A stretch of 64,000 nucleotides of DNA from Bdellovibrionales bacterium (lineage in GTDB: Bacteria > Bdellovibrionota > Bdellovibrionia > Bdellovibrionales > UBA1609): contig JAIBAM010000001.1 in the NCBI GenBank assembly GCA_019695175.1, positions 277,689 to 341,688 of the forward strand. Direction: 5' to 3'. The notes below the pieces were generated by a model that was not told where the DNA came from, did no database searches, and saw nothing but the letters and a program-made list of their open reading frames with translations. Below are positions 41,878-52,121 of this stretch, piece by piece (position 1 is the first letter of the stretch; each line of letters begins with the position of its first letter). The translations under genes and the position numbers were made by a program.

Positions 41878-43413
41878 TTAAAACTCAAAGTTTGTTCCCG
41901 GAAGTAATTTGTTTTTATCAAGCGGTGATTCATCCTCTAAACTGGCCATAGGAGTGGCACAATATTGAACTGCAAAATGGGCAGAGGGTCGATCGTTTCC
42001 TGATTTTCCCAATCCTCCAAAGGGAAGGCGAGAGCTCGCCCCATTAGTCGTTCGGTTCCAATTGAGTAAACCCACTCGTGCTTCCCGTTGAGCCCGTTCA
42101 TACAGGGATTTGTTTTTACTAAAAAGTGCCATGGCTAGGCCAAAGCCTGTGGAGTTATTAATCATCATGGCTTCTTCAAACTCTTCCACAGTGTAAATTG
42201 CCACGTTGGGTGCAAAAATTTCACTTTTTTGATAGACGGATTTGGAGTCAAACTTTGGAACTAAATTTATTGATGGAGTTACATAATGGCCCTCTTCATC
42301 TAGTTCTAACGATTTTCCGCGCATTAAACTTTCCGCGCCTTCCCGCTTAGCAATTTCTTGAAAACGAATGTACTTCTCAACGGCGTCGGCTCCAATCAGC
42401 GGACCCATAAAAACATTCTCTTGCCAATGTCCTATGGATAGTTTTTTTGCGGCACTATAAAAGTGATCTACAAAAGTGTCTTTTATTTTTTTATGGACCA
42501 GAATTCTGCTGGTGCAAGAGCAACGCTGTCCTGCGCTTAAAAAACTACCAATCAGAGTTTCGTAGACTGCCTTTTGCAGATCCGCATCTTCCCAAACCAC
42601 GGTGGCATTTTTGCCTCCCATTTCCAGAGCAAGAATTTTCCAAAAGTGATGGAGGGTTTCTTGTTTTATTTTGAGTCCTACTTCATACGATCCAGTAAAT
42701 AAAACTCCATCTACATATTCGCTTCCGGACAAACGTTTTCCCACTTCACTTTGACCTTGGACAAGATTGAATACCCCAGGTGGAAACTCCGCTTTATGAA
42801 ACATTTCAGCCATAAACTGTCCCGTGGCCGGGGTTTTTTCAGAAGGTTTAAAAACGATTGTATTCCCGCAGGCTAAGGCCGGGATAATGTGTCCATTGGG
42901 TAAGTGTCCGGGAAAATTAAATGGGCCCAACACAGCCATCACACCGCGTGGTTTATAACGAATGTATCCCTCAACACCGGGAAGGGCTTCTGCAACCTTT
43001 TCTTCTTCCACGAGCTTCATGGAATATTTTAGAGTGATATCAATTTTATTAATCATTGTGCTGACTTCGTTCTTTGCTTCCCAGAGAGGTTTCCCGGTTT
43101 CACGACTAATAATCTTGGCCCATGGTTCGGCATGGGATTGATAGACCTCCTTCAATCGGTAAAGGAAAAGGAAACGTTTGTCTAAGTTCAACTGTGACCA
43201 TACCGGAAAGGCCGCTTTTGCTGCCAAACAAGCTCTTTCAACATGATCATTTTGGCTTTCTACATGAAGGACCTCATCTTTTAAGTCAGCAGGACTTCTT
43301 ATTATCCAGTCTTGTTCTGGTTTTTCAGGTAAAGCAAAACGACCCTCAATAAAATCTCCCAAAAAATTAATTTTTTCGTAGGGTTCTCGATTTTGCTTTT
43401 GATGGGATGTCAT
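41878..43413 (-). CDS. astD: aldehyde dehydrogenase, succinylglutamate-semialdehyde dehydrogenase-like
   Basis: ALDH motifs LEMGGKN and catalytic-Cys context GQRCSCTSR. The astD assignment rests on synteny with astA. Confidence 0.65.
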   Translation of the reverse strand: MTSHQKQNREPYEKINFLGDFIEGRFALPEKPEQDWIIRSPADLKDEVLHVESQNDHVERACLAAKAAFPVWSQLNLDKRFLFLYRLKEVYQSHAEPWAKIISRETGKPLWEAKNEVSTMINKIDITLKYSMKLVEEEKVAEALPGVEGYIRYKPRGVMAVLGPFNFPGHLPNGHIIPALACGNTIVFKPSEKTPATGQFMAEMFHKAEFPPGVFNLVQGQSEVGKRLSGSEYVDGVLFTGSYEVGLKIKQETLHHFWKILALEMGGKNATVVWEDADLQKAVYETLIGSFLSAGQRCSCTSRILVHKKIKDTFVDHFYSAAKKLSIGHWQENVFMGPLIGADAVEKYIRFQEIAKREGAESLMRGKSLELDEEGHYVTPSINLVPKFDSKSVYQKSEIFAPNVAIYTVEEFEEAMMINNSTGFGLAMALFSKNKSLYERAQREARVGLLNWNRTTNGASSRLPFGGLGKSGNDRPSAHFAVQYCATPMASLEDESPLDKNKLLPGTNFEF

Positions 43414-43457
43414 TTTTTGTTTTCCTTTTTAATTCATAGAATTTTTAATAAAACATT

Positions 43458-44480
43458 TCATTCGTATTGGGTCAGATAAACCTCGTCACCAGAGGAGATA
43501 TTTAATGTCATTAAAGTTTTTTCAGGAAGCAAAACCTCATCTTCTTGAATGTGACAAGCACTGACTCCACATAAAAAGAAGTTTTGATTGAAAGTTCCAA
43601 TCAATGCTTGATGTTCGTAACTTAAAGAGGAGGTGGAAGAAGCTTTAAGCCAACGGGCCTTTTTTATTAAAGTCACTTGATCGCGGGCGACGCCTAGGTG
43701 TGGACCACCATCAAAAGGGTCGACTTCTTCCTTATAAGTAAAACCGATCTTATTTAATAAATGAAGAGCTGCCTGAGTCTCTTCGGCCACTCGTCCAAGT
43801 ACCAGACGGGCTTTTGAATCCAATAGACATAAATAAATATCTTCTTCAGGAAAGAGACTTTTAATAAATTGATTGTTCTGCTGACTTATTGTGTCAGCTT
43901 CTTGATAGGGCATACCAGTGAAGCGACGGCCTAGGGCCTCCCAGAATTCACTACGACCTTCGTCTGTCAGAGGAGGAGCCATCTCAGAGTGCAGTTCGTT
44001 TTCAAATCGGTGGGGTTCCATACCAATAAAAAGAAAGCGCGATAGACTGATCAGGCGTCCTACTTTTTCAGGTCTTCTGCGGTAACTTCGATCCACCACC
44101 AGACCTCCCACTTCCGTCGGTCCGTCATAGTTGGCATGGAGTCGTAAAATTTGATGGATAAACCCAATGCCAAGCTCTTTGGAGAAGCGTTCTTTTTTTA
44201 ACACTTTAAAACTGAAGTTAGGTGAATTTGCTGTTCCATTTTTGGCCACAATAAGCGATGCGCCGGCCAAATCTTTGCTGTAGACATCTTCAACCACAAA
44301 CAAATACTCCGCTTCATCTTTGGAAAGTTTTCCACTGAAAGAAGCCTGGGAGCGTTCAATTTTATTTCCAATAAGTTTTTTGTCTGCAGGTAGATTCAGT
44401 AAAGTAAATTGTCGTGCTAGATTGTAAAGACCATTGAGGTCACTGTTTTGTGCAGATCTTACAATAAAATTCATAAACAA
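43458..44480 (-). CDS. astA: arginine/ornithine N-succinyltransferase
   Basis: A ~340-aa AstA-family protein (IVRSAQNSDLNGLYNLA..., FSFKVL, EVGGL) in an operon with an aminotransferase and an ALDH. Family recognition is by eye. Confidence 0.7.
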   Translation of the reverse strand: MFMNFIVRSAQNSDLNGLYNLARQFTLLNLPADKKLIGNKIERSQASFSGKLSKDEAEYLFVVEDVYSKDLAGASLIVAKNGTANSPNFSFKVLKKERFSKELGIGFIHQILRLHANYDGPTEVGGLVVDRSYRRRPEKVGRLISLSRFLFIGMEPHRFENELHSEMAPPLTDEGRSEFWEALGRRFTGMPYQEADTISQQNNQFIKSLFPEEDIYLCLLDSKARLVLGRVAEETQAALHLLNKIGFTYKEEVDPFDGGPHLGVARDQVTLIKKARWLKASSTSSLSYEHQALIGTFNQNFFLCGVSACHIQEDEVLLPEKTLMTLNISSGDEVYLTQYE

Positions 44481-45859
44481 GGTCCTTCCAGGACTTTTTG
44501 ATAAAAGGAAATGGCTTCGTCCAGATCTACAATTCTAATACTTTCATTGGCTGCGTGGGTATTACCGACGCCCTGTCCTGGGCCCACAAGAACACATTCT
44601 ATTCCAAATCGATTAAAAACACTGGCTTCCGTAATCGCAGGGACGGGTTGGATAGGTCGGGTTTTTCCAAACGCGTTTTGGCAATCTTGGAGTTTTTGCA
44701 TGAATTCAGAACGGGGAGATGTTTGAAAAGCAGATTTGTAGTCATTCACCTTGAAAAGTGCGCCCACTTTGGTGCATTCATTTTTGAGGTCGGTTAACCA
44801 ACGCTCATACTGGTCTATGAGGGGAGGGAATAAATCATTTTCTAAAATGAGCGGCGGGAGTCTGCAACTTCCTTCCAAACGAATATGATCGGAGTGGGTT
44901 TTTACGACGCCAATATTTATAGTAGGATGGGGAGGATCAAACCCAGGAGTTGTAAATTCTTTGAGATGACGTTCCATTTTCTCAATGGCACAGGTCACAT
45001 GGGCTATTTTTGGCAAAATAGGATTTTTAAAGTTTCCAACCACATCAATTTCCAAGACAGCGGATGAGGGCATAATCCGACGATGGGTTCCTCCATCTAT
45101 ATCCATAACTGCAATGCTTTCAGGGAGCTGAGATAAATAATGTAGCAGCTTGACGATAGGATTAAGATTGTGGATTTCACGGCTTCCATTTGTAGAATAT
45201 GAATTTGGTTTTTGAGTAAAAATTTTGCTTTGCGTGGAGCTGCTTTCTTGTAAATCGTGTTGGCGACGATAGAGGGTTTCCTCTTCAGAAAAGGGAATGA
45301 TGATTTCCATTTCAGCAAAACCTTGACTGGCATTGCCAAGGTGAAGTTGGGTGGGTTCACCAATGAGACCTTTTTTCGAAAGAACTTTTTTTCTTCGTAA
45401 TAATTTGACGGCACCGTCCATTCCAGAAAAGGCCCCATAAGTCCCTACGAGCACAAAAGGAAAAGTGTTTTTCTGGGATAAAGTTGCAGACTTGATTGCT
45501 TCTAATTTACAAAGAAAATCTAATTTACAGTCGGCAACTCCTAAACCAATTATTTTTCCATCCTGAATGCTAGCACTAAATGGATTATATTGAGTTTTTT
45601 CCCAATTAGAAAAATGTCCTGGGTCTACTGTGTCCAAATGAGATTGGAAAAGAACTTCGTTCTCCTGGGGCTGAGAAGTCCTTCTCGCAATAAGATTGGC
45701 TTGGTGGAGACCATTATGGGTTTCGTATTGGAGCTCGACATGAAGTCCAATACTACGACACAATTCAGCGGCATATTCAGAAATTTCCCTAGTACCGCGA
45801 CTGGGTGAGGAATCAATCCCAATAAACTTTCTACAAAGTTCAATAAAACTCAACGGCAC
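44471..45859 (-). CDS. M20 family deacylase (ArgE/DapE-like)
   Basis: LFQSHLDTVDPG and GVADCK motifs. It overlaps both neighbours by 10 nt, consistent with translational coupling. Confidence 0.75.
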   Translation of the reverse strand: MPLSFIELCRKFIGIDSSPSRGTREISEYAAELCRSIGLHVELQYETHNGLHQANLIARRTSQPQENEVLFQSHLDTVDPGHFSNWEKTQYNPFSASIQDGKIIGLGVADCKLDFLCKLEAIKSATLSQKNTFPFVLVGTYGAFSGMDGAVKLLRRKKVLSKKGLIGEPTQLHLGNASQGFAEMEIIIPFSEEETLYRRQHDLQESSSTQSKIFTQKPNSYSTNGSREIHNLNPIVKLLHYLSQLPESIAVMDIDGGTHRRIMPSSAVLEIDVVGNFKNPILPKIAHVTCAIEKMERHLKEFTTPGFDPPHPTINIGVVKTHSDHIRLEGSCRLPPLILENDLFPPLIDQYERWLTDLKNECTKVGALFKVNDYKSAFQTSPRSEFMQKLQDCQNAFGKTRPIQPVPAITEASVFNRFGIECVLVGPGQGVGNTHAANESIRIVDLDEAISFYQKVLEGPCL

Positions 45860-47247
45860 TCCAGGATAGATTTCTCAATAATTTTTTTTGCTACTTCTAT
45901 GTCATTGGTGGTTAGAACAGCTGGCAAAAGAAAGCGCAAACGCCATGGGTTGTGACCACAACCAAAAGCAATGACTCCGTTTTTAAAAAGCACTTTTAAG
46001 AGCTCTTGTTGTTTTGCTAGACTTCCATCTAGAGGGGTAACAGCAACCATAAGACCTAGACCGTCGGCTTCTCTTAATAACCCCTCACAGGTGGTCTTAT
46101 TCAACTCATTAAGCATGGATACAAACTGCTGGTGTATTTTTGCAATTTTACCCTCGGGACCCATATAGCCCCCATGATCTAATTCTTCAAGGATCTGAAA
46201 GCCAGTGTTAAGTGCTACGGATGAACCAGCAAAGGTTCCCGCGATCAATCCGGGTTGGGGATTAAATTCCTCCGTAAATAAAGTGGCACCGTTTTGTGCT
46301 GTTTTAGCAATGGTGCATACGTCAATGTAGTCTCCAAACCCATAGGTTTCAAAAGCAAAAAACTGACCGGTGCGGCTGAAGGTTTGAACTTCGTCGGCCC
46401 AAATGGGAATTTTCTTTTCGCGGCAAAATTCAAATAAGGGGATGAAAAAATCTCGACAGGCGACGCGATACCCGCCCTCACCCAACATGGGCTCAAATAC
46501 AAAACAAGAAATATTGTTTTCGTGACGGGCCACATGCTCTTTTAAGACCGCCAGGGCCTTTTCCTTTCCGCAAGAAGACTGGCACATAGAAGATTCAAAA
46601 CGATTGCAGAATGGGATTCGTAGAACTTCGTTGTATTGGGGTAGGCCTTGTTTAAAAGCAGGGTTATCAGTGATTTCGGCCATCATAGTGGATCGTCCCG
46701 CAAAAGCATTGTTAAAAGTGAGGATCATTCGAGCTGGGGTCTTTTTCTGTCGACAAATTTTAAGCGCATTTTCATTGGCCATAGACCCGCAAGTGGACAG
46801 CCAAGCATGACGCAATCGACTTTTGCGTTGAGCTAACTCCACCAGTTTTCCTGACAATTGAGCGTACTCCACGTTAGGTTCGAGGTGTCCTTGGACGACC
46901 ACATCAGACAGGGCCCCGTGTAGGGCTGCTTTTAAAACTAATGGGTGAGCGTGACCTAAAACGTGAATTCCAATTCCATTAATAAGGTCTAGTTTTACAC
47001 TACCATCTGTCAACTCTACGTAGGCTCCATGACCTCGACCTGTTCCCAAGTAATTGTAGTAAAGGGGCCGACCTCGAAGTTGATTGGTGTAGGCAATAAG
47101 CTCATTGAACTGGGCTTGCTCTTGGGTCTCTGGTCCACGCACAGAATTTATATTTATATTTGCATTTGTAACTTCATTAATTAGATTATCAATAAGGTGA
47201 TTGACTTTTGCATTCGTACTATGTGGAGACTTCTTGACTGTTTTCAT
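45850..47247 (-). CDS. class III (PLP) aminotransferase
   Basis: GSMANENALK and WADEVQTF.RTG motifs. First gene of the four-gene minus-strand operon. Confidence 0.8.
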   Translation of the reverse strand: MKTVKKSPHSTNAKVNHLIDNLINEVTNANININSVRGPETQEQAQFNELIAYTNQLRGRPLYYNYLGTGRGHGAYVELTDGSVKLDLINGIGIHVLGHAHPLVLKAALHGALSDVVVQGHLEPNVEYAQLSGKLVELAQRKSRLRHAWLSTCGSMANENALKICRQKKTPARMILTFNNAFAGRSTMMAEITDNPAFKQGLPQYNEVLRIPFCNRFESSMCQSSCGKEKALAVLKEHVARHENNISCFVFEPMLGEGGYRVACRDFFIPLFEFCREKKIPIWADEVQTFSRTGQFFAFETYGFGDYIDVCTIAKTAQNGATLFTEEFNPQPGLIAGTFAGSSVALNTGFQILEELDHGGYMGPEGKIAKIHQQFVSMLNELNKTTCEGLLREADGLGLMVAVTPLDGSLAKQQELLKVLFKNGVIAFGCGHNPWRLRFLLPAVLTTNDIEVAKKIIEKSILECR

Positions 47248-47283
47248 GTAAATCCTTTTTTTAATTTTTTAAAGGTGTTGGCA

Positions 47284-48147
47284 ATGAAAGTAATTTTTCG
47301 TTCTTTTTCATTTATCTCTTCAGTTTTTGTTTTTACTATTTTTATGACCTTAGTTTTTTTTCTCAGTTCTCTATTTCTAACTCCTTCTAACCTGGCTTGG
47401 GCACAAAATTCTATTAAAAATAATTCCCAACTGGAGGAAATTTTTCATCAGGGCACTCAATTGTACAATGAAAACAAAACTGAAGAAGCCAATATTAAGT
47501 TTAAAGAGATTCTTGGCCAACAACCTCATAACATTCCTGCTTTGTTTAACTGGGGACTTACAGAATACAAATTGAATCGAAAAGGGTTAGCTGTTGGCGC
47601 GTGGCGAAAAATACTGAACTTAAGTCCAGGCTATTCTCCTGCGGTTCAGGCGCTTTCTTTTGCTTACACTTCACTTCATTTAACTCCTCCCATGGACACG
47701 TTGGAAGAGTGGTCCAGTTTTATTGGTCTTAAAGGGTTGAAGACTAATTTGAGCTCAGCATTGATGTTATTCTTTTCACTTGGATCCTTGTGTATTGGTG
47801 GAGTTATTTGGTTACGTTATTTTAGGAAGCGGATTCATGCTTTAAGGGAAGATCAAATTCAACCGAAACTACCTTGGTTGGGGTTTGCGGCGATTTTGTT
47901 ATTTATTTTCACAGGACTTATTGGGGCGACGAAGGAGTACGATCGTTTTATACCTAAAGCTACACTTCTGCAGAACACGCCCGTCCGTACTGGACCCAGT
48001 GAAATCAGTTCAACCGTGGTGGAAATGATTGAAGGGAGTGAAGTTTTGGTACGACAAGTAAACAAGGAGTGGGTGCAGATTCAACAACCAGGGGGGGCTT
48101 CGGGTTGGGTTCCTGGCTTGAATCTATATAGAACGGATTCTATTTAA
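47284..48147 (+). CDS. TPR + bacterial SH3 domain membrane protein (BatE-like architecture)
   Basis: Signal/TM, TPR repeats, two TM segments, and a C-terminal SH3-like GSEVLVRQVNKEWVQIQQPGGASGWVP. ATG 47284 avoids overlap with the divergent gene's start. Confidence 0.7.
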   Translation: MKVIFRSFSFISSVFVFTIFMTLVFFLSSLFLTPSNLAWAQNSIKNNSQLEEIFHQGTQLYNENKTEEANIKFKEILGQQPHNIPALFNWGLTEYKLNRKGLAVGAWRKILNLSPGYSPAVQALSFAYTSLHLTPPMDTLEEWSSFIGLKGLKTNLSSALMLFFSLGSLCIGGVIWLRYFRKRIHALREDQIQPKLPWLGFAAILLFIFTGLIGATKEYDRFIPKATLLQNTPVRTGPSEISSTVVEMIEGSEVLVRQVNKEWVQIQQPGGASGWVPGLNLYRTDSI

Positions 48148-48166
48148 TTCATTTGGGTTGGAGATT

Positions 48167-48709
48167 ATGGTGAATTTTGTTTGGGAAAATATTTTTAAAA
48201 AAGATTCCGACAGTAAAGATTTGATGCATATTCTTAGTGAAAATTATTTATTTGAAACCTTAAGTAAGTCTGAACTTAAGTTTGTCAAAGAAATGGTTCA
48301 TGTTCGCAATTACCGTCCTGGGGAAGTGGTTTTTCGCCAAGGTGAAATCGGTGTTGGAATGTACCTTATTGCGTCGGGTTCAGTGGATATTTTGGTCGAA
48401 GGTATTCCTGCGGAAAAATTAGAAAAACAAACAGTATTTGTCACTCGTCTGGGTGCAGGTGATTTTTTTGGTGAACTCTCTTTAGTTGAAGAGAATGGCA
48501 GACGTACAGCGACAGCGGTATCTAGTATTGAAACAAAGTTAATTGGTTTTTTTAAACCGGACTTGTTGGAAATTGTGGAAAGAAATCCCTCTACGGGAGT
48601 TAAAATTGTAACTCGACTCTCTGAAGTGTTAGGAAAAAGGCTTAAAGAAACGACCGTTAAAGTGACGGAACTTAAGCGAGAATTACGAATACAAACAGAG
48701 AAGGTTTAA
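48167..48709 (+). CDS. stand-alone cyclic nucleotide-binding domain protein
   Basis: The cNMP phosphate-binding cassette FFGELSLVEENGRRTATAV is present. The start (TTG 48158, ATG 48167 or GTG 48170) is uncertain. Confidence 0.8.
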   Translation: MVNFVWENIFKKDSDSKDLMHILSENYLFETLSKSELKFVKEMVHVRNYRPGEVVFRQGEIGVGMYLIASGSVDILVEGIPAEKLEKQTVFVTRLGAGDFFGELSLVEENGRRTATAVSSIETKLIGFFKPDLLEIVERNPSTGVKIVTRLSEVLGKRLKETTVKVTELKRELRIQTEKV

Positions 48710-48710
48710 T

Positions 48711-49772
48711 ATGGCTCGTCCCACTTCGCGAGAACAAATTTTGCGCCGACAAAGTTTTGTACGCCTTATCGCTTTTTTGGGAGTGATCGGGTTTACTTTT
48801 CTTATTATCCTGCAAGTTGAAAACATGTTGGTTTCCTGCTTATTGGCTTTTGTAATGAGTTATATTATTGGCCCTATCGTCAATATACTGGAAAGAAAAA
48901 ATGTGGATCGGGTCTTAGCGACTACGGGTTTATTTGTGTTTTTGGGTTTAGGTGTGAGTGTTACAGGATATCTTACTTTTCCTAAAGTCAGCAACAGTCT
49001 CCAGTCAATGCAGAGTGAAGCCCCTAAATATATTGAAGGGGTTACTAAATTAATTGAAACCATTGAAGGAAAATTAAAACCACTACAAAGCACAGGTATT
49101 AAATTTAGTTTGAGTGACAAAATTAAAGAGCAACTTTTGCCTGCTACAGAACATTTTTTTTCCAACTTACCTGGAGTTTTAAAAAAATTATTTACCGTTT
49201 TGCTTTTGGCACCCTTTTTCGCTTTCTTTATGATCAAAGATGGACGTCATTTTTCTAGAAATTTACTTGCTTTGGTGCCAAATAATTTATTTGAACTCAC
49301 CTATAATATTTATCATCAAATTAATGACCAAATGGGGCAATTTATTCGTGCTCGGCTTATGGAGGCAGGGATTGTAGGGCTGGTGACTTGGCTTGGATTA
49401 TTGATTATTAAGTTTCCATTTTCAGGCCCTCTATCCGTCATTGCTGCTATCACTAATTTGATTCCATATATTGGTCCTGTGATCGGGATCATACCAGCAC
49501 TTTTATTAGCTATGATAAATGGTTTAAGTCCTTTTGATATGTCGATGCTTTTGTTGGTTTATTTTGTGGCGCAATTGATTGATGCTGCGTTTATTATCCC
49601 AGTCGTAGTTGCTAAAATCGTGGATTTACATCCTGTGACGGTGATTGTGGTTATTATTATTGGGGCACAAGCAATGGGAGTTGTGGGTATGCTGATTTCA
49701 ATCCCTGTCGCCAGTGCCATGAAGGTCACTATTGGGACTATTTTTAGGTACCTTACTGACTACCGTGTTTAG
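48711..49772 (+). CDS. AI-2E (PerM/TqsA) family transporter
   Basis: About 8 TM segments and the NLIPYIGPVIG motif typical of the family. It starts 1 nt after the cNMP gene's stop. Confidence 0.8.
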   Translation: MARPTSREQILRRQSFVRLIAFLGVIGFTFLIILQVENMLVSCLLAFVMSYIIGPIVNILERKNVDRVLATTGLFVFLGLGVSVTGYLTFPKVSNSLQSMQSEAPKYIEGVTKLIETIEGKLKPLQSTGIKFSLSDKIKEQLLPATEHFFSNLPGVLKKLFTVLLLAPFFAFFMIKDGRHFSRNLLALVPNNLFELTYNIYHQINDQMGQFIRARLMEAGIVGLVTWLGLLIIKFPFSGPLSVIAAITNLIPYIGPVIGIIPALLLAMINGLSPFDMSMLLLVYFVAQLIDAAFIIPVVVAKIVDLHPVTVIVVIIIGAQAMGVVGMLISIPVASAMKVTIGTIFRYLTDYRV

Positions 49773-49867
49773 TTTTTGGAACAAATCTCGTTTTCCCATT
49801 CACCTTAAATCGCAAGTAGATCTATCCTAGAGCTTGTGAGCTCGGTTTCCGCAAGGTATGTGCTCTA

Positions 49868-49896
49868 TTGACCTGAATCTCTTCGGTGAGTAGACT
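49868..49896 (+). promoter_or_regulatory. candidate sigma-70 promoter for bamD
   Basis: TTGACC, a 17-nt spacer, then TAGACT. It lies about 40 nt upstream of the bamD start. Confidence 0.4.
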
Positions 49897-49935
49897 GCCT
49901 ACTATCTCAAAAAAGAGCGAAGGAGCTACATTTTG

Positions 49936-50670
49936 ATGCGGAATTTGTTATTTCTTACGATCGGTATCTTAGTAGGTTGTTCCTCCACCTCAAAATTTGA
50001 TTCAAATACTGTTGAAGGTGCTTTCGCCATTGCTGAAAGTTATGAAAAAGATGAAAGATATGAAGAAGCCATTGCCCAATTTCAGCAAGTTAAAAATAAA
50101 TACCCCTACAGCAACCTGGCAGTTGAATCTGAACTTCATATTGCGGGTATCTATTTCAAAAGGGAGGATTTTGTTGAGGCTCAAGGAGCTTACCAAACAT
50201 TTAAGGAATTACATCCCTCCCATGCCAAGTCCGATTTTGTAACCTATCGATTGGGGCTAAGTTTATTTAATCAACTACCTTCTACTATAGATCGTGATTT
50301 GAGTGTTGCTGAGAAAGCATTGCTTTATTTTGATGAGGTAGTAACTTCATTTAGTAAAAGTGAATACCTGAGCCCTTCGACAGAGCACAAACAAAAAATA
50401 TTGCAAATGTTGGCGCAAAAAGAATTCTATATTGCTCAGTTTTATTTTATCAGGGAATATTATGAAAGTGCTTTAGCGCGGTATGAGGATTTGTTTACTA
50501 AATATCCCAATTCTCAACAGGAGCCTGAGGCGCTTTATGGAGCCTGTATCAGTGCGAATCAATTAAAGGATAGTGGCAAGACGCAACATTTCTTGGAAAA
50601 ATTAGTTTACCAGTATCCCAACTCAACCTTTGCCCTTAAGGTAAAAAAGGAAATTGGACATGCAAACTGA
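49936..50670 (+). CDS. bamD: outer membrane protein assembly factor BamD (YfiO/ComL)
   Basis: Lipobox ILVGCSS, and TPR-like repeats with the YPYS..A and YPNS signatures of BamD. AAGGAG RBS. The start is either TTG 49933 or ATG 49936. Confidence 0.8.
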   Translation: MRNLLFLTIGILVGCSSTSKFDSNTVEGAFAIAESYEKDERYEEAIAQFQQVKNKYPYSNLAVESELHIAGIYFKREDFVEAQGAYQTFKELHPSHAKSDFVTYRLGLSLFNQLPSTIDRDLSVAEKALLYFDEVVTSFSKSEYLSPSTEHKQKILQMLAQKEFYIAQFYFIREYYESALARYEDLFTKYPNSQQEPEALYGACISANQLKDSGKTQHFLEKLVYQYPNSTFALKVKKEIGHAN

Positions 50671-51403
50671 GAATGGAATCGAAGAATTACTGACCTCAGC
50701 TCGAGAGTTTTTTCGTGGAGGACGTTATACCTCTGCAGAACCTTTGCTAAATCAATTGATTTTAAAAGGGGCCAAGGACCGCGAAATTTTTCATATGTTG
50801 GGGACAATCTACTACGATCAGGGCAAGTTTAATAAAGCCATTCGTTCTTTTAAAAGGGCTTTGGAAATAGACCCCTCTTTCACAGATGCCAGTGTGGGTT
50901 TAAGTATTATTCTCAATGACTTAGGGCGCTATGAGGAAGGGAAGAAAATATTTGATGAGGCCAAACAACTTTTGACCCGCAACGGGGGAAAAGAAGATCC
51001 TTATGTGAACGAGAAATTGGCTCTTAAACATGATGAGCTGGGCGAACTTTATTTCCGATATCAGAGGTATATGGAAGCCTTGGATCAGTATTTTAAGGCT
51101 TTATCCTTGTCGGCACGAAAGCCAGAGTTAACTATGAAAGTTGTGGAGTGTCATTTGCGACTCAATGAGGGACTTAAAGCAACAAAAGAGTTACACAACT
51201 TGTTGCAGAATTACCCTAACTTTCACTCGGCTCGGTTGAAACTAGGGGTTTTGCTTTATGAGGCCGGCGATGTGGCCCTTGCAGTGGAAGAATGGGAAAG
51301 AATTTTAGAACGTCAGCCAGATCACAGTGAGGCAAAGCGTTTGCTTAATTTGGCCCAGGTTACAACAAAAACAAATCGTAATGAGAGTGAGATTTCGCTA
51401 TAA
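50660..51403 (+). CDS. TPR repeat protein
   Basis: Several 34-aa TPR units (GKFNKAIRSFKRALEIDP...). ATG 50660 lies 9 nt after aaaaagg. Confidence 0.75.
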   Translation: MQTENGIEELLTSAREFFRGGRYTSAEPLLNQLILKGAKDREIFHMLGTIYYDQGKFNKAIRSFKRALEIDPSFTDASVGLSIILNDLGRYEEGKKIFDEAKQLLTRNGGKEDPYVNEKLALKHDELGELYFRYQRYMEALDQYFKALSLSARKPELTMKVVECHLRLNEGLKATKELHNLLQNYPNFHSARLKLGVLLYEAGDVALAVEEWERILERQPDHSEAKRLLNLAQVTTKTNRNESEISL

Positions 51404-51432
51404 ATTTATTAATCTAAGCTTTTGAGGGTACT

Positions 51433-51948
51433 ATGACACAAATTCGTACGGGTATGATTCCATTGATAACAGAGGCTGAAATCCAAAAAATGGTTTTACA
51501 ATTGGCTCGTGAAATTGATCGTGACTATGCAGGAAAAAGTCTAACCATTATCTGTCCTCTTAAGGGATCTATTCATTTTTTTGCCGATCTTGTGCGAAAA
51601 ATTCAGGTTCCGCTCACTCTTGATTTCGTACAGATCACTTCACCAAAGGGTCAAGGTTGTAGAATCGTTAAAGATATTTCTGTGGATATTCAGAACAAAC
51701 ACGTTCTCATAGTGGAAGAGATCATTGATGTGGGCCGGACGTTAAATTTTTTGAAAGCTCGACTTATGGCTTCACAACCCAAATCATTAAAGGTTGTGGC
51801 TTTATTAGATAAGCCAGCACGACGTGAATTGGCTATTCGTCCTGATTATGTCGGAATGGTTATAGAGGATCGATTTGTGATTGGTTACGGAATGGATTCA
51901 GAAGAACGTGGTCGAAACTATCGCGATATTTATAATTACGCGCAGTAG
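51433..51948 (+). CDS. hpt: hypoxanthine phosphoribosyltransferase
   Basis: PRPP-binding loop VLIVEEIIDVGRTL and C-terminal RNYRDIY. Confidence 0.9.
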   Translation: MTQIRTGMIPLITEAEIQKMVLQLAREIDRDYAGKSLTIICPLKGSIHFFADLVRKIQVPLTLDFVQITSPKGQGCRIVKDISVDIQNKHVLIVEEIIDVGRTLNFLKARLMASQPKSLKVVALLDKPARRELAIRPDYVGMVIEDRFVIGYGMDSEERGRNYRDIYNYAQ

Positions 51949-52121
51949 ATTTTCTTTTGAGAGTTTGTCATAGTTTGCGCTGCCGAGGCTCATTGGGTTC
52001 GTAAAATACTTAGAATTGGTTCAGAATTTAATTATATTCCAACTATTCCTTAAGCTCCTCACTTCCCCCAGATGAAAGTCCTGATCTTTAGTCAAAGGTT
52101 ATTTTTTCCGATTAAATAACG

